Below, piece by piece: positions 39,600 through 51,974 of a DNA stretch of 64,000 bases. The DNA comes from Guillardia theta CCMP2712 (Eukaryota; Protista; Cryptophyta). How positions within the stretch are numbered: the first letter of the stretch is position 1; the number at the start of each line of letters is the position of its first letter. The notes below the pieces were generated by a model that saw only the letters and a list, made by a program, of their open reading frames with translations, had not been told where the DNA came from and ran no database searches. The stretch spans positions 1-64,000 of the forward strand of contig NW_005434629.1 of NCBI RefSeq assembly GCF_000315625.1. The letters are read 5' to 3'. The position numbers and the translations under genes were made by a program.

Positions 39600-41760
39600 C
39601 TACACAGCTGTAAGCGTCACTTCCGGCGCAAACATCTGCTTGGCAGGCGTTGCCTCCACCACACTCTGAGAACGAATTCCCTGCAGACTCGTCAGCAAGT
39701 GACGGTGAACAAGCTATCTTTCACCTTGCTCAGGCTGCTCAGCAGTGACAAGGCGGCCACCGTCACCGTGAGACCGATCCTCCTCTTGAAGTCAGAGGAC
39801 GCCAGCAAGTTCCTCTCTTCTCTCTGCTCAGGCAGCTGCTGCCCTGCCGCTGCTGCCTCGTTGAGCTTCTGCAAGAACTGTCGGGGCGACTCCGTGCTGC
39901 TCATGTGTTCAGAGTGAGACCAGTCCAAATCCCCTCCTCCTCTCACCTCAGGCGGTTAGTCAGCATCGCTCCGAACTGTGTGGTCGCAAGGCCTCCCGGA
40001 TTGACATGCGTGATGAGGGTGAAGAGAGTCTTGTTGGGATCCGAGTCAAGCCGACGCATAATATTCGCTCCCAGCGACATTTCCATCCTCGTGTATCCTG
40101 CAGGAGATCGTCAGAGGCCTCTTGATCTCAACTCTCCTCCTCACCAGCTTGCTTTGTCGCAAGAGGATGCTCTTCCCCGCGGTTGACCACCATCTTGACG
40201 TCCTCTCCGATAGATCGATAGTGAACTCGCGTGACGAAGTCTCTCGACCAGGGACGTCCCGATAGCGAGTGAGTGATCTGCAGACTGTGTCACAAGCAGG
40301 GAGCGGAGGAGGGGAAAATTGAAGTCAAACAAGACAAAGAAGAGGTTAAAACAGAAGAAAGGATTGGGAACAAGGAAGCAGGGTGCAGTTAAGGGAACAG
40401 AGAATAAGGAGGAAGGATGGCTGGGAAGAGCTGACAAGTGGCTGGTGGCCACAGTGGGAGGTGGAAGGTAGAGATAGAGAAAGATGATCATACCTTGGTG
40501 TTCTCATCCAGCCACTCAAGATCCCTCACTTCCTTGCAGTACTCGTTGTACTCCCGCACCCTGGAATTATCCACAAAGAGATCGTACACCTTCTCGAGGG
40601 GCGCGTCGATCACCGCCTGAGCCTTCACACATGCAAACTTCGAGGCCTTGTCGATCTTCTTGCCCGCAACTACCATGTCAGCTGGGAGGTACTTCCTCCA
40701 TATGTTGATCCCCGCGTCTGCCGAGACCATCTGCCAGTCCTTGTCGTCCAGCAGAGTCTCTACGGCCTCGACAAGATTATCGTTGACCCATCGCACGTCA
40801 TGCTGCATGTCGCCATGCCCCTCGAAGTTTCCGCTCCTCATCGCGAGCAGGAAGTCAGCCCCCTGGCTCATCGAGCTGCCGCATTGCTTGATCCCCTCGA
40901 CCACATCCTGCAGCGGATCCATGAGATTCAACAGCCCCCCTGATTTGATGTTCTCCAGGAACCCACCACCTCCCTCATCCGATCCCCCATCTTGCACGGA
41001 GGGCTGGTTGCATCCAAAGGGGGGAGCTGCCGATGGCGAGATGGCGATAGTGTAGCTCCTTAGCGTGTCCAGCACTTGGTTGAAAGTGTCCCCTCCGAAG
41101 GAGCCCCCTTGCTCGTTGAGCTTTGAGTTGAGCTTATTCTCGACCTCCCCAAGCTTGTTCAGCCCATCCTGCATCATGAGGATGAGTGTCGCCGGCCACG
41201 GCACTTCGGCTGCAAATCGGTCCGAGTCCATCGCTCCCCCCATCCTCTCCTGCGGCTTCTCTCCTGCACTCTGGAAGTTCCGCGCCACCTCATCAACTGC
41301 CTGCTGCAGGCTGTTCCAGCCCTGCAGCGGGTTGATCCACATCTGCCCCTGCGAGGAAGCATCATCGCAACCAGCCGAGAACTCTCCGAATGCCCCCAGC
41401 TCAGACTTTCTATTCCTCAAAAGCGTGTGCATTTCAGCCATGCTTGACCCCAGTTTGCTTCCAACCTCCGCCACCCCTGCCCCCATTCGCAACTCCAGCT
41501 TTTCTCGCGCATGCTCCGCTAGTTGCTTCACAGTCCTCGACAGATCGGTGCAGAACTCGACGGCTGCGTTACCCCCTCGAAGTCTCGTGCCTGGAGTATG
41601 GGCAGAGAAGTCGAACATAGACTTCAAGGTGGAAAAATCAAAACTCTGAGAGCAAAAATCAATCGCAGGAATGCGGACATCAAGCATGCTTGTTCACCTC
41701 TGATCTTCCCACAGGCAGTAACGCCAACACCCAGACTGCCACGAGCGCTTTCTTCTTCAT
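39600..41760 (-). CDS. START (lipid-binding) domain protein with N-terminal signal/presequence
   Basis: WQMVSADAGINIWRK, VKAQAVIDAPLEKVYDLF, SRDFV and ITHVNPGG are START hallmarks. First exon MKKKALVAVWVLALLPVGRSE|SFDF... is followed by TRLRGG. Confidence 0.8.
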
Positions 41761-42869
41761 TGCTTCCCAGAATTTCACACGACTTGTAGCATTTCAAAGG
41801 CTAATGTGCAAATACCCAATAGTCAACCTTCCATCAAAGCCCTGAGCACCTAACAGCAGATTGATTAACATCTGTGAACATAGCAGCTCACTGAAAATAG
41901 AAAGGAGGGCTGACAGTTGCTCCATCGTTGCCTCTTTGAACTTTCTACTTTTCGTCCGAACCCAGGTGACTATATTTTGCATGCCTGCCTGTACTCTGCA
42001 CTCTCAGGTCCCATCTTTCTTGGTTCGATCACCTTACTTCTAAGTACCCAACTTTAAACCATCTTTCTATCTTCTTCAGTTCTCAACTGCTTCGATGTTC
42101 TGCTTTTCCAATGCATCTTTGGATCATTTCAATACTCCCGCACGCACTCCTAATCTATCATCCCATCATCTATGAGAAGTGTTCATGTCTCAATACATCG
42201 TTTGCTAGCATAATCATACCATAAACATTTTCTTTTCTCACACAAGTAGTGCGTTCTGTCCTCGTTTCTATCCGTGTCCCTTCCCCGCTCCCCCCTCGAT
42301 TCGTTCATCGCATCCTGCCATTTTTCCCTTCCGAGTCGCAGCTTGCGGGAACACAGTCGGGTCACCCCCCACCCCCCACCCCCTGTGACCACAAGGTGAT
42401 TGTAGCCTTTGCATGTGAGATTTGCAGGGAATACACTTCAAAATTAATTTGTAATATTCAAATTTTATCGAAATATTTGTCATAATTTCCTGGATTCTGA
42501 TTGATGAACCCCCTTTGTAAATACCCCTACCCCTCCACTTACAATACCCCTACCCAATGTTTTGTCCGAAACAAGCTCAAAACCTGGGTTGCATTCTTTT
42601 GTACCCATTTTTCACCTTGTGAGGCCAAAACTTTGATTTTTGCTCTTCTAATTTCGTTTTTTAATTCATTTTCAGGAGAAAATTATCAATTTGCAGCACA
42701 CATGGAATTCCACATCTACACTGATAAACTTCAAAATAAAATTGAGTCTTTGAAAATTTGCTTCAACCTTATACTTGTAATCGAGTTGGCTTGTGACCAC
42801 CCCTGCTTCCTAGGGATTTCTTTGGGATTTCACTCTCAAGGTGTGCTTTATTTGACGTCATCTACCATT

Positions 42870-43740
42870 GCGATCGGACCGACGTCTGCTCATCCACCGT
42901 GGCGGGATGCGGCCCGACTCCGCGCCGAACGCCGACTCGTGACGGTTCATCCGAACCGGCGTGAACTTCAACGGCGACGGCACCGCGGCCCGGGGCCCTG
43001 AACTTCGGAAAAACAATCTAAGAGAAAAGACAGCGGCAAGAACCATCCCCCAAGCCTAGTAATCGCGGCCGCAGACGGTTGACTCGATGAACTCGGAACT
43101 TTCGGAACATCGGATCATATACCGTACCGTACGGTAGGTAGGCGGTGTACAAAAGTACCGCCCGCCGTTAACCAAGTAGAGACCGTTTGAGTCAAGGCTT
43201 ACCGCAGTACCGTTACTCGGGGCCGGGCCCCCCGGCCGGGCGGCCGGGTACGGTACGGAAACGGTCCGATCCCGACTGCGTATGCCACGGTGTATTGATT
43301 AGACGGTGTACTGGCAGCCGCTCTACGGTAGTCGGGGCCCGCCCCGCCGGGCCAGCCTGACAGTGATGAAGTCGTCTTTTCGCCAATAATGGCCCGACCC
43401 GGTGACCGTGGCCCTATCGGGGTGATCCCACTCCACTGATGCCACTTCCGAGTGAACGGTTCACCGGTGACCGGCGGCGTACACTTAGCCTAAGTTTGGG
43501 GGACATGCTCAGTACACCGTGGTGACTGCGGCAGCAGCCGCCTACTCGGGCCCTGGCAGGCGGCAGTGAGCCTCGGAGGATCGGATGTGACTCACACTGA
43601 GTGAGCCCGGTGAGGGTCAGTGGTTCAAAGGCTCGGAGTCGGAGTATCGCTGTCTTTTCTCTTCAGAGTCGCCGTATCATCCGGGCCTGTGCAACACTGT
43701 GACAGTGTCAGGGACGGCCGAGGCTATCTTAAGGCTCGGA
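42870..43740. promoter_or_regulatory. CGG/CCG-rich intergenic island 3
   Basis: More than 10 ACGGT/ACCGT, plus TCGGA, TGAGTCA (~43188), TGACTCA (~43588) and GAACTTC. Confidence 0.5.
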
Positions 43741-44143
43741 AAGATAAGATAAGACCCCATACCCCACCCCGTCAGGCGGCCAATTGAACCCCGCTCCCCC
43801 CCCTTCCCCTTCCCTTACGCTCTCCGGACCGGGTACTCCCCACCGTACTGTACACCTCTTCAAAAGATAGCTTGGGGGTCCTAACTCTGAAAAAAAGATC
43901 GGATACACCTCGTCTCCACCCCTGTCTCCCCGTTCCATCCTCCCTCGTACGGTCCTCCGTCCTCCTGCCCTACACTTTCCACCCCAATCCAGTTCCGAGT
44001 GCCTCTCCCTTGTCACACGGCCCTGCGTCTCTCCCCACCTCGTGCTCCCGTTCCCGCCTCTTTGCTCTCCTTCGAACCCGGCTTCTCCTTGTCCTTTGCT
44101 GAACAAGAGCAGGCTCCTGGCTTTCCTTCTGCCCTTCTAAACG

Positions 44144-46654
44144 ATGGCATCGGTGAATTCATTGGCCTCACAAGTTCAGGTAATTGTCTTCTGCTCCATG
44201 AGCAAACAATCTCGTCGCACTCGATCTCTTTGTGAAGTCGGTGCAGGCCATGTCGGAACAGGTGAACAACATATCCGCCAGTCTCCTAGCAGCGCAGGTA
44301 ACGATGGTTTGAGTCTCCAACCCTGACCTCCTTCAGTTTGCCATCAAAAGCCAACGACAGCAGATTCAAGAACTCATTGCAGCACAGGTCAGACACCTTG
44401 CGTTGAATCTGCAAAATCCCTTGGTTCTGTGCTGAACAACTTAGACAGGCATCGAATTCAGTGATCATCACCAGCCTTCAAGCTGTACCTCTTCTCCCCC
44501 TTGCCCTTCCTCTCCTCACGGCCCATCACAGACATCATCCCATGGTGACAACGCGTGGATTCTTGGTGAGTGAGACAACACGAGCAACCTGAGGTGTCGA
44601 CTGAATTGGTCGCAGCCTCAACTGCGCTGGTAGTGATGATGACCATCCCCGGCCTCGCCTTGTTCTATGGTGGCCTTGCTCAGGTGACCGCACCTTGTCC
44701 TCTCCCACACATGACGTTGCGCTGGAAAGGCACCCAACGTCTTGTCGACAGTCATGCAGAGCTTCTCAATCATGTGCACCGTCAGCTTCCTCTGGTTCTC
44801 CTTCGGATATTCCTTGTGCTTCACTGCGGTAAGTCTTGCCCCCTCTGAAACCTCGGCACGATGTTGGCCGACCATGTCGACCTCAGGGCGACGTCTTCTA
44901 CGGCAACTCCTCCAACTTTTGGCTGCACGACATGACGTCCAAGAAGATGAGGAACGACTCGGAGAAGCTCTTCATGGTCTACCAGATGACCTTTGCTGTC
45001 ATCAGGTGCCTTGTCCTCTCCTCTTGCTTGCCCCTGACCCACCACGACTCCAGCGCCGCCATCATCTGCGGCTCCTTCGCCGAGAGGATGCGGTTCAGCG
45101 CTATGCTCATCTTCATCGCTATATGGCACATCCTGGTCTATTGCCCTGTCGCTCACTGGTCGTGGGGCCCGGGAGGGTTCTTGAACACCGCTGGATGCCT
45201 GGACTATGCAGGAGGAGACGTCGTACACGTGAGCGCGGGATTCTCGGGCCTTGTTGCTTCCATGCTCGTCGGCAAGCGCAGGGGCATCTCCCAGGGACAA
45301 GAGATCTCTCCTCATAACGCGCTCCTCGTCTTCCTCGGAGCTTCCCTGCTGGTGCGCAACATCCTACTCTCTCCTCTCCCTCCTCACGCGCTGCCAGTGG
45401 GTCGGCTGGTTTGGCTTCAACGCTGGCTCTGCCTTTGCCGCTGATCACATGGCCATCAACGCCATGGCGACCACGCAGATGTCAGGTGGGGCTGGCATTC
45501 TGCTGGGCTCCTGCAAGCACCTCACAGCTGACGCAGGTGCATGCGGAGGGCTGGCATGGATGGCGGTCGAGTGGATCATGCGAAAGAGACCGACCGTTGT
45601 GGGGATAGTGAGGTGAAACTTACTGCCTTGACCTCCTGCCTTGACCTCCTGCCTTGACCTCTCCTGCCTTGACCTCTCCTGCCTTAACCTCCCCATCCTT
45701 GACTTCTCCGTTCTCAGCGGCTCTATCTGCGGGCTGGTGTGCATCACGCCGGGCTGTGGATACGTGGACCTAGCGGGAGCGGTTGCCATCGGGTTGATTG
45801 GAGGCATCACGGGCTTCTTCAGCATCCAGATGAAGCACATGTTTGTAAGTGACTGTGCTCTGACCCGCCATCCTCTGACCCGCCATCCTCTGACCCGCCA
45901 TCCTCTGACCCGCCATCCTCTGACCCGCCATCCTCTGACCCGCCATCCTCTGACCCGCCATCCTCTGACCCGCCATCCTCTGACGCCTCTCAGGGCTTCG
46001 ACGACGCTCTCGATGCCTTCGGTGTGCATGGCATCTGCGGAGTCGTCGGCTGTCTTGCCACCGGCCTGTTTGCGGACCAGGGAGTGACCAGAGACCCCAA
46101 CGAGAACGGAGCCTTCTACGGCAAGCCCTCCCAGGTGGGACGGAGCTTGCACTGCTGCTGTACTTACATCCTCCCCCAGCTCTACATCCAGCTGTACGGT
46201 GTCGTCGTCGTGGTCGCCTACTGCTCCGTCATCAGCTTCCTGATCTTGAAGCTCCTCGACATCGTGAGGGAGCGCGCGGGCGCGGGCTGCTGCTCATCTT
46301 TCCTCAGGTCATGATTGCTGTCACTGGCACCGGAATCCGCTGCTCTCCCGAAGCCGAGAAGATCGGACTGGACATATCAGAGCACGGCGATTCGCTTATC
46401 AAGGAAACGCCTGTCTTCAGCCTGGGGCAGGTTCCTCTGCTGTTCCTGCGTCTCCTTGCCCCCTGCTCTCCCATGATTGCTGCCTGCTGCCTCTGAAATC
46501 ATCCCAGATCAAGGTAGGAAACCAGCATGTCTTGCAAGCGGGATGGAACGAGAACACTTCGGTCGTGCCTGTCAGCACCTCCATCACCCGCGTCCAGGTG
46601 TCAGACCCAGTCCACCTGGAGGACAAGGTCCATCCTTTCCAGCAGGACGAGTGA
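44144..46654 (+). CDS. AMT: Ammonium transporter (Amt family, AmtB/AMT2-like), many short introns
   Basis: Spliced product contains [81 protein letters not shown] and GLDISEHG. Both pore His residues are present. Confidence 0.95.
45858..45985 (+). repeat. 15-bp minisatellite (CTCTGACCCGCCATC) x8 in an AMT intron
   Basis: Direct reading; intron 45845-45993. Confidence 0.95.
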
Positions 46655-46959
46655 GGAAGAGCCGCAGCGGTGATGCGGTAGGAGTAAGCAGATGTTAAGA
46701 CGAGTCGTGACAACGTTTTTATCCTATGAAGATCTAGATTTCAGAGCACAGTACCTTCACTTCCTGCTCCTCCTCCCCTTGCCTCTCTCCCTGCTCTCTC
46801 CCTCTCTCCCTCTCTCCCTCTCTCCCTCTCTCCCTCTCTCCCTCTCTCCCTCCTCCTCGCTCTCTCCGATTCACTCTACCGCATCATCTCATTTCGCAAA
46901 CAAGTTTCCAAGAACACAGCCCGCCTCGGGACTCCTGACCTTGTTTGTGGGGCGTGGCA

Positions 46960-48333
46960 ATGGCTAACCAGGTAGGGAGGGGGAGAGGGGAGGGGAGGGG
47001 AGGGGAGGGGAGGGGAGGGGAGGGGAGGGGAGGGGAGGGGAAGGGAGCTCTGCTTATCACCCTCTCCCCTCGCAATATCTGTGAGCTTGCTGGTGTTCCT
47101 CGCGTTTGCGTCGACTACACTCATTTCATCTGTTTATAAGTCCTAATCTTGTGATCTTTCTTTCTCTCTCCTCACAGGTGTTCTTGCTGTCTTCCATCTT
47201 GATGGTGAGTTCCATGGCCAAGTAGCAAGTCCAACTTGATCTTCGTTCCCTCACCTCCATGGCGGCACATATGACAAGATACTCCCAGGCATCCTCCTGC
47301 ATGGCGTTTCTCCACCCTCCTCCCATGTTGGCGGCAAAGCGTAGATCCATGCCCATAGACTAGCACGTATTCACTTGATTTGGATCAGGTCTTGGCGTCC
47401 TCTCCTCTCCTCGCATCTCAGGTGCTCTTCTTGCTGCCATCAGCATAGTGACGAGGAGTCAGGGGACTCCGCAGTCTCCGCCTGCCGGCATGGTCGACTT
47501 GCGCGACGAGCGTGTGAGCCTTGGCTTCTGACTCCTCTACCTTGCAGCCAGGACGATGCTGAGGATGCAAGGGGGGTCCGACAACAGGTACAACCTGCCC
47601 TGCCCTGTCCTACTTTGACTTGTGATCTTGTTGCTCAGTTGCACATCAAAGCCCGGCAAGGTTCTCTTTAGCTTCGAGGTCCGTCAGCTCCCCCTCCAAC
47701 CCCCTCTTCCTACTCTCCAACCTCTCACAGCCATCCAGGAGGCCCGCAAGTACGCACGGTCCTTTGGGTTTTCAAGTAGGGAGGAGTTCGAGGAGTATGG
47801 CTGCGCTGGAGCATACAGGTTCCTCCCACGCCGAAGTTCGCAGCTCAATGCTCGTCCCAGGCTCCCGAAGCGCCCGGACCTTGTCTACCCCAAGGAATGG
47901 AAGGGATGGGACGACTGGCTCGGGACTATGCTGCCTTTTTCTGGTGAGCTCAAGCTGGGGATGAAGGTCAGCTCATGCACAGCTGGTAGAGGCTCGAGAG
48001 CGAGCTCGTATGTCCGGCATCCAGTCAGAGGAGGAGTGGCGAGCGAGAGTGCAGGAAGGACCCGGTCGTGTTGCTACTCCCCTCGATCCCTCCTCTGCCC
48101 TCTCCTTTACCTGGGCTCCCTGCTTCCCTTCCCTTCCTCCTGCGTCTCCACTACCCCCTCTTCTGGTCTCTTCGCCTGACTGCTATCTTCAGATGCATGG
48201 CTGGACGCGAGGATTCCGGTCAAGCCAGATAGCTTCCCGCCGTATGCAGAAGACTGGAAGGGTGAGGGGAGGAGTACTTGACTTGAACTGAGACGATCTG
48301 CTAGGATGGAAGGACTGGCTGGGTGTGGATTAG
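46960..48333 (+). CDS. Small protein with bipartite (plastid-type) presequence and two integrase-repeat-like units
   Basis: Spliced N-terminus MANQ|VFLLSSILM|ASSCMA-FLHPPP...RTMLRM. Repeat 1: FEEARKYARSFGFSSREEF...LPKRPDLVYPKEWKGWDDWLG. Repeat 2: EARERARMSGIQSEEEW...IPVKPDSFPPYAEDWKGWKDWLG. Confidence 0.7.
46974..47045 (+). repeat. (GGGGA)n tract in intron 1, G-quadruplex-prone
   Basis: About 13 G4 runs directly after the gt donor. Confidence 0.9.
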
Positions 48334-48529
48334 CTTTGAGAACAGAGTCGTAGGAAGAAGCAATGTGTAGGAGCATGGAGATAAACTTCCCAGAGATAGA
48401 AGCAAATGAAATGAGGAACGAGATCATATCGGCTCCAGGGACCTCACAAACTCTAATAATTTACTTCGAATGCTTCAAGTTTATCCACAGGCCTGCAAAG
48501 GCTCGAGCGAGGCAGCGAAAAATCTTCTC

Positions 48530-51335
48530 TTATACAAGGTCAGCGAGGTTCATTGGCATTTCATCAATCTGCGTCGAATAATACTGCAACAGCGCCACGT
48601 CAGCACGACCTCAGGGGTTCACATGTAGAGAGAGGTTTCAGCCGACCTGCTCAATATCACGAAGAATGCGGATGTCGTCAGCCTTGACGAAGTTGATGGC
48701 CACACCCTTCCTTCCGTAGCTGCAACCGACTTGAGACGCACCAAGAACAAGGACGAGGACTCACCGGCCAGAGCGACCGATGCGATGAATGTACAGCTCA
48801 CGATTGTTGGGAAGGTCATAGTTGATGACTAGCGAAACCTGCAGGAGGTGAGCCAAGCGGATTGCGCAAGCTGGTCTGTGCCTACCTGAGAAACATCCAA
48901 CCCACGAGCCCACACGTCGGTGGTGATGAGAACTCTGATGACCAGTCAGGGGCTGGAAACTTGAGAACAAGATGCAAACCTTGAGGAGCCCCCACGGAAT
49001 TCGCCCATGATAGCTGCAAAGAAACAAGCTCGTCTCAGCACTTCAAGCAGCACGTTCGAGAGGAGTCAACCGTCACGATCGTTCTGCGGCATGTCTCCGT
49101 GCATGGATGAGACGGTGAAGTTGGCCTGCCGGGGTTGACAGTCACAGTCAAGACATTTAAAGCATTTACACACCTCTCTCATCTTGTCGGTCAACCAGTC
49201 CACTTTCCTCTTCGTGTTACAGAAAATGACAGCCTGCAGCCGCAAGTCAGCAAACCCCTCGAGCTCGTCGAGTTGTCAGCACTTGAGTGATGGTGAGCGT
49301 GTCGTAAAGGTCGCACAAGGTGTCGAACTTCCACTCTTCACGTTCGACGGCTGCAGCATCACAACCGTCAGGTCCACTGTAGCGTGAAACGAGATGATTC
49401 ATAACCGACGAAGAATTGTTTGATTCCCTCCAGAGTCAACTCATCGCGCTTCACCAGGATGCGGACCTAATGGGATCCTCAGCTACAAGCCGCACCCAGC
49501 GCTCCCAACGCTCTTACCGGGTCCGTCATGAACTTTGCGTCATTTCCAGAACTTCTCGAGGGAGAGTGGCAGAGATGAGAAGAACCTGGTGGGTGGAGAA
49601 GGTGAGATCCGACCGTGTTGAGGAACGAGAGGGACCTGAATCTGAGGAGGTAGATATCGATACACATCGTAGATTTGCTCTTTGAATCCTTGATTCAACA
49701 TCTCATCTGCCTTTGTTCAGGTGGTAAGCACACGCGTGATCAACTGTAGAGTAGAGCCCTTACTTCGTCAAGCACCAGAGTCTTGATGTTCCTGGAATGT
49801 CATGTCAAACAGGCAATGAAGAGCAGGCATATGAACCTTGTTCTGAGATTTCGACGTCTAATCATGTCAAACACACGACCTGAGCATCACTTGTCATGCA
49901 ACGGCCACACAGAATGGCTAATGAAAGTTCACCGGGTGTTCCGGAAACAATGTGTACGCCGTAGTCCAGCTTTCTAATATCCTCTCCAACACTGCATTGT
50001 ACGGTAAGCCGCGGCAAGTGATCCATCCATTCAATTCCAACACACCTCTTTCCACCAATGCAAGCGTGCGCCTGGATCTGCATGTAATCTCCTATCGCCA
50101 GAATAACCTTTTGGGTTTGCGTGGCGAGCTCTCTGTTTTCTTTCTCGTCAAATGACGCAATCGAGCGAGAGGAAACAAGCTGCACCTCGTCGGATTCATG
50201 ATCAAAACTTGAATTTCACGCAGAGTTGTGTCGACAAGCTGATATTTCGGAGATCATCCAACGGCACCCTCTACCCTTCATACTCTCTCACCTGCAGGGC
50301 TGCGATAGACAACATAGCAGTCTTTCCGGTACCAGATTGAGACTGGGCAATCACATCGCGGCCCTGCCTCCATGTCACTTGAATGCATTGGAACTCATCC
50401 TGCAACACACTCCTCCTTCCTTTCCTTCAATGTTTCACCCCTCGTTTTCCTTTTGCCTCTTCGCCTCCCACCCCCCTTCAAGACATCGTTCATTGCTCAC
50501 CTGAGACATGGGCACAATTGCACGTTGCTGAATAGCCGAAGGCTTTTCAAAGCCTGGAAAGAACAGGGGTAAGCTAACACAAAACGGATGGACATATCTG
50601 GCTGTACGAGGCAACATGCATCACAACAAACCCCTCTACATTTCCCATGATGGAGCTTTCGACTTACCATATGCATAGATGCCTCTAAGGAGGTCGTCCT
50701 TGAGCTGCATCGTGTGTTTACTAAACGTTCAGAACCACAGAGAGGTCACACCTTCAGACCATCGAAGGTGTTGATGACCTTGACTCCCTTGGAAGTCTCA
50801 AAGTCGGCCTGTTGGGTATGATGGTTAATTTCCTGAGCAACGCTGTATATCGAGACATTTTCGAGACATTTACATAGATGATTTGATAACGAGCTGCATA
50901 CAGATAAAGATCCGTTTCTCGTTTTCGCAAACACCACGCAACAATTTAGAACACGAAAAATCTCTCATTCGCAGAACATCGCAGTTACATTCCATCGCAC
51001 AAATGCTTTCCAAACATACGAGCATACAGATTCAATCAGCATCTTGTCTTTATCTAAGAAAAAACACAACGAAATTGAGTGCTCAATCATTACAACCAGC
51101 CTCATGTCTCTGCCTCTCAATCAGTCTCACTATCCCAACCCTTGCCCCTCCGCCACCATATACTCGATTCCATTCCTGTGCTTTTCTCTTTCGAAACCCG
51201 ATCTTTCTTCATCTACCCGTCTGCTTATTTGTCTTCCTATCTTTTCAATCATTGATGGTATCATCTAGTTCAACTCCATCGCATGTCGCTTACCTCCTCT
51301 GCCTCCAGCAGCCTCTCCTCATCCGCCTTCGACAT
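48530..51335 (-). CDS. EIF4A3: DEAD-box helicase eIF4A-III (exon junction complex core); 21 exons; apparent 1-nt frameshift at ~49535
   Basis: Spliced: [14 protein letters not shown]|ADFETSKGV..., [51 protein letters not shown]|[53 protein letters not shown]. These residues are diagnostic for eIF4A-III rather than eIF4A-I. Confidence 0.95.
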
Positions 51336-51354
51336 CGTCGGCTCGAGCGGCGGC

Positions 51355-51730
51355 TATACTACCCCTACCCCCTCTTTCTCGACATATTACCACTGGTTCT
51401 CCGCTGTACCCCAAAGAGATCCCACCTCCACCCCCAAGTATCTGGCACACTACCCCATAATGTCTTCTTGTTCTTATTGACCCCACCCACCCCACATGAA
51501 GTACCACCCCCTTTTGTCTCAGCTAGCATTCCATCATACCACCCCCATGTCCATGATCACCCTGCGATACACCCCATTTCAACCACCCCTCATTTTGAGA
51601 GTACCTACCCTCATATTTGATATTGATGGTACCCACCCTTCAGTAAATACACAGCTCTCTTTTACCTATATATGCCCCACCCCTGTCGCAAACTGGTACC
51701 CACCCATTTCCCTTACCCACCCACCCCGAA
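51355..51730. promoter_or_regulatory. TACCC motif cluster upstream of eIF4A-III
   Basis: About 8 TACCC and many ACCC on the + strand, none in the opposite orientation. Confidence 0.45.
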
Positions 51731-51974
51731 TTTGCAAGGTCTCCTTCCATGTAGGGAAGGAGACCAAAATTCTTGGCCAATGCCCAAATTGGTTGTTTGA
51801 TTCAACTATTGATATGTACATTTGAAAATTTAGAATAGAATGTTTAATTGAAAAAGAGATTTGATGCAATTTAGACCCCTGCCATGATCACAAGACGAAA
51901 TTTCATCGGAAAGTTTCAAATCTAGAGGCAATTTTGGACACCATTTTGTAACATTTCAAATGGAATTTCGTCGA

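Noticed and set aside
45858-45985. CRISPR-like regular repeat
   Set aside because: Head-to-tail minisatellite without spacers, in a eukaryotic intron, with no cas genes.
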